Position numbers and translations under genes: made by a program. DNA of 64,000 bases from an uncultured bacterium (GTDB taxonomy: Bacteria > Eisenbacteria > RBG-16-71-46): assembly GCA_964589945.1 (NCBI GenBank), contig CAZPVG010000001.1, positions 22,515 to 86,514 of the forward strand, written 5' to 3'. Below are positions 60,100 through 64,000 of this stretch, piece by piece (position 1 is the stretch's first letter; the number at the start of each line of letters is the position of its first letter). Under the pieces are notes generated by a model. That model saw nothing but the letters and a program-made list of their open reading frames with translations, ran no database searches and had not been told where the DNA came from.

Positions 60100-60741
60100 A
60101 TGGCGAAGATCTCGGAGTCCACCGTCAGTCGCCTCTCGCACTACTACCGGGTGCTCGAGGAGGTGGCCGCCGAGGGCGGCAAGGTGATCTCGTCGCAGCT
60201 GCTGGCCGAGCGGGAGGGCATCACCTCGGCGCAGGTGCGCAAGGACCTGTCGTACTTCGGGTCCTTCGGCCGCCGCGGGCTCGGCTACAGCGTGGAGCAC
60301 CTGCGCGCGCAGATCCGCGCGATCCTCGGCCTCGACCGGCGCTGGCGCGTCGCGGTGATCGGGGCGGGCCACATCGGCTCCGCGCTGCTCGCGTACCGCG
60401 GCTTCGCCTCGCAGGGGTTCGACATCGTGGCCGTCTTCGACGTGGATCCGGCCCGCGTGGGGCACCCTGACGGCGCGCTGAGCGTGCGCCACGTGTCGCA
60501 GCTCTCGGCGGAGGACGCCATCGACATCGGCGTCATCGCGACGCCCGTCCGGGCGGCCCAGGAGGTCGCGGACGCCCTCGTGGCCGCGGGCGTCCGCGGC
60601 CTCCTCAACTTCGCGCCCCGCAAGCTGCGCGTGCCCGACGACGTGTGGGTGCGCACGGTGGACATGACGACCGAGTTCGAGAGCCTGTCGTTCGCGCTCT
60701 CGCAGCCGCACGGGCCGCGCCGGAGGCGCCCGGCCGGGTGA
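60100..60741 (+). CDS. rex: redox-sensing transcriptional repressor Rex
   Basis: MAKISESTVSRLSHYYRVL...GKVISSQLLAEREGITSAQVRKDLSYFGSFGRRGLGYSVEHL winged-helix plus Rossmann VAVIGAGHIGSALL... Confidence 0.85.
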   Translation: MAKISESTVSRLSHYYRVLEEVAAEGGKVISSQLLAEREGITSAQVRKDLSYFGSFGRRGLGYSVEHLRAQIRAILGLDRRWRVAVIGAGHIGSALLAYRGFASQGFDIVAVFDVDPARVGHPDGALSVRHVSQLSAEDAIDIGVIATPVRAAQEVADALVAAGVRGLLNFAPRKLRVPDDVWVRTVDMTTEFESLSFALSQPHGPRRRRPAG

Positions 60742-61613
60742 GCGACCGCCGCGGCGAGCCCGCGGCCGTCGCGGCGATGGTGGTCGCGACGCTCCTGTGG
60801 GGCGGGACCTTCGTCGCGATCCGGGACACCGTGGAGGCGATCCCGCCCGCGACGCTCGTGTGCGGCCGCTTCGCGGTGGGGGCTGCCGTCTTCGCCGCGC
60901 TGCTCGCGCTGCGGGGCCGCCCGCCCGCGGCGCGCGACGTGTGGGCCGGCGTCGGCAGCGGCGCGCTGATGGTCGGCGGCTATTTCTTCCAGGCCGAGGG
61001 CCTGCTCTCGACGAGCGCGGGCAGCTCGGCGTTCCTGACCTGCGCCGGCACGCTGCTCGCGGCATTCTTCGCCTGGCCGATGCTCGGCCAGCGCCCGGGG
61101 CGGCTGCTCGTCGCCGGGATCGCGATCGCCATGGCCGGGTCGGCGCTGCTCTCGCTGCGCTCGGGCTTCCAGCTGGGCCGCGGCGAGCTGCTGACGCTGC
61201 TCGGGGCGGCGCTGTACGCGCTGCAGGTCGTCGCGCTCGGGCGCTGGGCGCCGGGCGCGGACCCGATCGTGCTCACCGGCGCGCAGGCGGCGACCGTCGC
61301 CCTGGTGCTCGCGCCGTTCACGGGCGACGCCGTGCGCACGTTCGAGGCGCTCGACGGCGCGGGATGGGCGCGATTCGCCTACCTCGCCGTGGCCGGCAGC
61401 ACGATCGCGCCGCTCCTGCAGGTGCTCGCGCAGCGGCGCCTGCCGCCCGGCCGCGTCGGGCTGCTGTTCGCGCTCGAGCCGGTCTTCGCCCTGCTCTTCG
61501 CGCTGACGATCGGCGCCGAGCGTTTCGAGGCCAGGTGGTGGACCGGCGCGGGCCTCATTCTCCTCGCGGTCGTGACGGTGGAGTGGCGCGCGGCCGCTTC
61601 AGCTCGTCGCTGA
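60738..61613 (+). CDS. EamA-family (DMT superfamily) transporter
   Basis: GTG at 60738 overlaps the rex stop (GTGA); ATG at 60777 is an alternative. Ten TM helices in two EamA repeats (...LLWGGTFVAIR... / ...LEPVFALLFALTIGAERF...). Confidence 0.75.
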   Translation: MSDRRGEPAAVAAMVVATLLWGGTFVAIRDTVEAIPPATLVCGRFAVGAAVFAALLALRGRPPAARDVWAGVGSGALMVGGYFFQAEGLLSTSAGSSAFLTCAGTLLAAFFAWPMLGQRPGRLLVAGIAIAMAGSALLSLRSGFQLGRGELLTLLGAALYALQVVALGRWAPGADPIVLTGAQAATVALVLAPFTGDAVRTFEALDGAGWARFAYLAVAGSTIAPLLQVLAQRRLPPGRVGLLFALEPVFALLFALTIGAERFEARWWTGAGLILLAVVTVEWRAAASARR

Positions 61614-63006
61614 GCCAGCCCGCGAAGCGCTCGCCCTCGGCGGGGCCGCCGCGGAAGAGCGCCGCGCCGTGCCCGGGCGCCCGCGCGTCGGCGACGCGCG
61701 TCTGTGCGGGGGGCAGAGCCGCGACGACGTGATCCACCGTGAGGTTCTCGAGAATGCCCTCCGGGCCGGTCTCGAAGAACGCGGGAACTCCCGAGGCCGC
61801 CAGCGAACCGCGCAGCCAGCCGGCGTCCTCGGGGGCGATCTCGGGCCCCGCGAGCAGCACGGCGCGCACGCGCGCGTCCCGGCCGGCCGCGAGCACCGCG
61901 GCCATCGCGTCGGGGCCGACGCCGACGAAGACGCCCCGCGGCGAGGTGACGCCGGCCGCCCGGGCCACCGCCGTCAGCACGGAGGCGTAGTCCGCCGCGA
62001 GCTGGCGCTGGGCCGCCTCCTGGCCGCTCGCGCGCAGGAGGGCCGGCTCGGCCGCGCCGCCGGAGCCGCGCACGCCGCGCGGCTCGAACAGCGCCACGGA
62101 GAGTCCACCCCGGTGGAGCTGCACGAGCAGGCTGTCGCACGCCGCGACGGCATCGTCGTCCGCCGGCGCGGCGACGACGGCGATCGGGGCGCCGCGCGGC
62201 CCGGTCGCGAGCCAGCCCGCCAGGGTCGCCCCGCCTTCGGCGCCCACGTCCACGCGCTTCGCGCCGAGGGTCCACATCGGGCCGAGCGCGAGGGTGTCGG
62301 CCTTCGCGCAGGCCGCGGCGATCCAGCGATCCCACGTCGTGCCGAGCGACAGGCGCGCCGCGACGCTGCCGGCGAGGCGCGCGATCCCGGGATCGCGACC
62401 GCGCGTCTCGATGGCGAGGGGCGCGAGGAGCCGCCAGGCGGCCTGGAGGTCCCCGGCGCCGACCGCGAGCGGCGCGATCCGGGATGCCCAGAGCGGACGA
62501 TCCGCGAGGGTGGAGTAGGGGCGAAAGAGCGGGGAGCGGCGCAGGTCGAACAACGGGCGGGCCGCGGCCAGGTCGCCGCGCAACCCGCGCAGCCAGGCGT
62601 CCCGCAGCCGCAACGCCTCGGCGAAGCCCCCGGAGGCCGTCGGCAGGAGCGAGGCGGTCAGCGCCGCGGCGCTGTCGAGATCGCCGTCCGCCGACCGGGC
62701 GATCCGCGCGTCGATCGCCGCGATCGCCTCCTTGGCGTCGCCGCGCACCGCCCGGGCGCGAGCGAAGGCCACGAGCGCGCTGTCGATCTTCCCGCCCCTC
62801 ACCAGGCTCACGCCGAGGTGGTACCAGGCCTCGCCGGCGTCGAGGCCCGGGCCTGCCGAGTCGGCGAAGGCGCGAAGCCGCGCGCGCAGGTCCGCCGGGT
62901 CGTGCGCCTGGAGCAGCAGGTGGCGCACGGGCGTCACGGGCTCGGCCCCGGCTGTCGCGGCGGCGAGGAGGGCGAAGGCGGTCAGGGCGAGGCGGAGGCG
63001 TGTCAT
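61555..63006 (-). CDS. secreted hypothetical protein (downstream of ABC ATPase gene)
   Basis: ATG at 63006 overlaps the ATPase stop (ATGA). Signal peptide MTRLRLALTAFALLAAATAGA. Ala/Leu-rich helical content. The 3' end overlaps the convergent EamA gene by 59 nt. No recognisable catalytic motif. Confidence 0.45.
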   Translation of the reverse strand: MTRLRLALTAFALLAAATAGAEPVTPVRHLLLQAHDPADLRARLRAFADSAGPGLDAGEAWYHLGVSLVRGGKIDSALVAFARARAVRGDAKEAIAAIDARIARSADGDLDSAAALTASLLPTASGGFAEALRLRDAWLRGLRGDLAAARPLFDLRRSPLFRPYSTLADRPLWASRIAPLAVGAGDLQAAWRLLAPLAIETRGRDPGIARLAGSVAARLSLGTTWDRWIAAACAKADTLALGPMWTLGAKRVDVGAEGGATLAGWLATGPRGAPIAVVAAPADDDAVAACDSLLVQLHRGGLSVALFEPRGVRGSGGAAEPALLRASGQEAAQRQLAADYASVLTAVARAAGVTSPRGVFVGVGPDAMAAVLAAGRDARVRAVLLAGPEIAPEDAGWLRGSLAASGVPAFFETGPEGILENLTVDHVVAALPPAQTRVADARAPGHGAALFRGGPAEGERFAGWLSDELKRPRATPPSRPRGE

Positions 63007-63734
63007 CGGATCTCCCCGGTTCGGATCGTGTCGAGGAACGCGCGCTCGAGGACCGACAGGTCCTCGCCCGGCGCGCCCCATTCTTCCCTCGGCATCTCCC
63101 GCGCGACGCGGCCGGTGCTCAGCAGGACGACGCGGTCACACAGCCGTTCGACGGTCTCGGTGACGTGGCTGGAGAACAGGACCGCGGCGCCCGCGCGCGC
63201 GAGCGCGCGCAGCTCGGCCTTCGCCTCGAGCGCCGACGGCGCGTCGAAGCCCTCGAGCGCCTCGTCGCACAGCAGGGCCGCCGGCCGGTGGAGGATGGCC
63301 GCGAGGAACGACGTCTTCTTGCGCATCCCGTGGGAGTAGCCGCTCACGGGGTCGTCGAGCCGGTCGTCGAGGTCGAAGCGGCGCGCGAGGTCGTGGGCGC
63401 GCTCGCGGGCCGCGGACGGATCCAGCCCGCGCACCGCGGCCACGAACGCGAGGTGCTCGGCCGCCGAGAGCTCCTCGTGGAACGTCGGTTCCTCCGCCGC
63501 GTAGCCGAGCCCGGCCCGGGCCGCGAGCGGCTCCGCCCACACGTCGTGGCCGGCGATCGTCACGGAGCCCTCGTCGGGCGGCTGCAGGCCCGCGGCCGTC
63601 CTCAGCAGCGTGCTCTTGCCCGCGCCGTTCGCGCCGAGCAGGCCGACGATCTCGCCCCCGCGCACCTCCAGCGAGACGCCGTCGAGCGCGAGGCGGTCGC
63701 CGTAGGCGCGGCGAAGTCCACGGACCGCGATCAT
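63003..63734 (-). CDS. ABC transporter ATP-binding protein
   Basis: ATG at 63734. MIAVRGLRRAYGDRLALDGVSLEVRGGEIVGLLGANGAGKSTLL (Walker A)... LSGYSHGMRKKTSFLAA (signature-like)... LLCDEALEGFD (Walker B)... SSHV (H-loop). Confidence 0.8.
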   Translation of the reverse strand: MIAVRGLRRAYGDRLALDGVSLEVRGGEIVGLLGANGAGKSTLLRTAAGLQPPDEGSVTIAGHDVWAEPLAARAGLGYAAEEPTFHEELSAAEHLAFVAAVRGLDPSAARERAHDLARRFDLDDRLDDPVSGYSHGMRKKTSFLAAILHRPAALLCDEALEGFDAPSALEAKAELRALARAGAAVLFSSHVTETVERLCDRVVLLSTGRVAREMPREEWGAPGEDLSVLERAFLDTIRTGEIR

Positions 63735-64000
63735 CGCGCCCACTCCGGCTCGCGCCAGCGGCCGAGCCGCATCGACGAATGGATGAGCCCCGCGAGCAGC
63801 ACGGGCCAGCCGAGCAGCGGAATCATGAGGCTCGCCGCGACCGCCGCGCCGAGCCACGCCGCGTAGATCGCCTCGGCCGCGTCGGCGCGCGGCACCAGCG
63901 TGAGCCCGTAGTGGAGGCCGAGCAGCGCGACGGCGCCCCCCGAGAATGCCCACCTCGGCACGAGCGCGACGCGGGCCAGGTCCGGCAGGCCCTGGGCCAG
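63731..64000 (-). CDS. membrane protein, probable ABC-2 permease C-terminus (partial; 5' end beyond window)
   Basis: The open frame runs off the window end. Hydrophobic C-terminus ...AIYAAWLGAAVAASLMIPLLGWPVLLAGLIHSSMRLG. Its stop overlaps the downstream ATPase start (ATGA). Confidence 0.35.
   Translation of the reverse strand: MAQGLPDLARVALVPRWAFSGGAVALLGLHYGLTLVPRADAAEAIYAAWLGAAVAASLMIPLLGWPVLLAGLIHSSMRLGRWREPEWAR

Overview
This is a high-GC (about 70-72%) bacterial chromosomal window that contains the replication origin. The oriC region has DnaA-box clusters on both sides of dnaA and the only clearly AT-rich stretch in the window (about 53305-53350) between dnaA and dnaN. It is followed by dnaA-dnaN-DUF721-gyrB-(small exported ORF)-gyrA-rex-eamA on the plus strand.

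Left of the origin, on the minus strand, lies a complete phosphate-starvation cluster: phoB/phoR-like two-component system, a small HNH-repeat-like ORF, a phosphate-selective porin, and pstS-pstC-pstA-pstB-phoU.

Further left are mostly housekeeping and envelope genes:
- ECF sigma factor (partial), metG, TatD hydrolase, HEAT-repeat protein, rsmA/ksgA, a 5'-nucleotidase-like phosphoesterase.
- An OmpR/histidine-kinase pair preceded by a Cys/Met/His-rich secreted protein.
- A YibQ-like deacetylase, a glycogen-debranching-type glucosidase, AsmA, eda, an outer-membrane barrel protein, an MscL with a C-terminal zinc-ribbon tail, and an S9 peptidase.
- Two paralogous OmpA proteins with thrombospondin-type-3 repeats flanking map and an ABC-2 exporter.
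- An M20 amidohydrolase coupled to a TPR/retropepsin-like protein, small membrane proteins, an ICMT-like methyltransferase, ogt, thiL, an MFS transporter, kynA-kynU, and an XRE regulator next to NnrS.

I found no rRNA, tRNA, CRISPR array, transposase or integrase.

The six-frame ORF track is dominated by long spurious Arg/Ala/Pro-rich antisense ORFs typical of high-GC DNA. I called genes by recognisable protein families, Shine-Dalgarno motifs (GGAGG-like) and start/stop overlaps (ATGA/GTGA coupling). I saw no canonical defence or novel multi-gene system. The observations I would look at again are listed below with modest interest scores.
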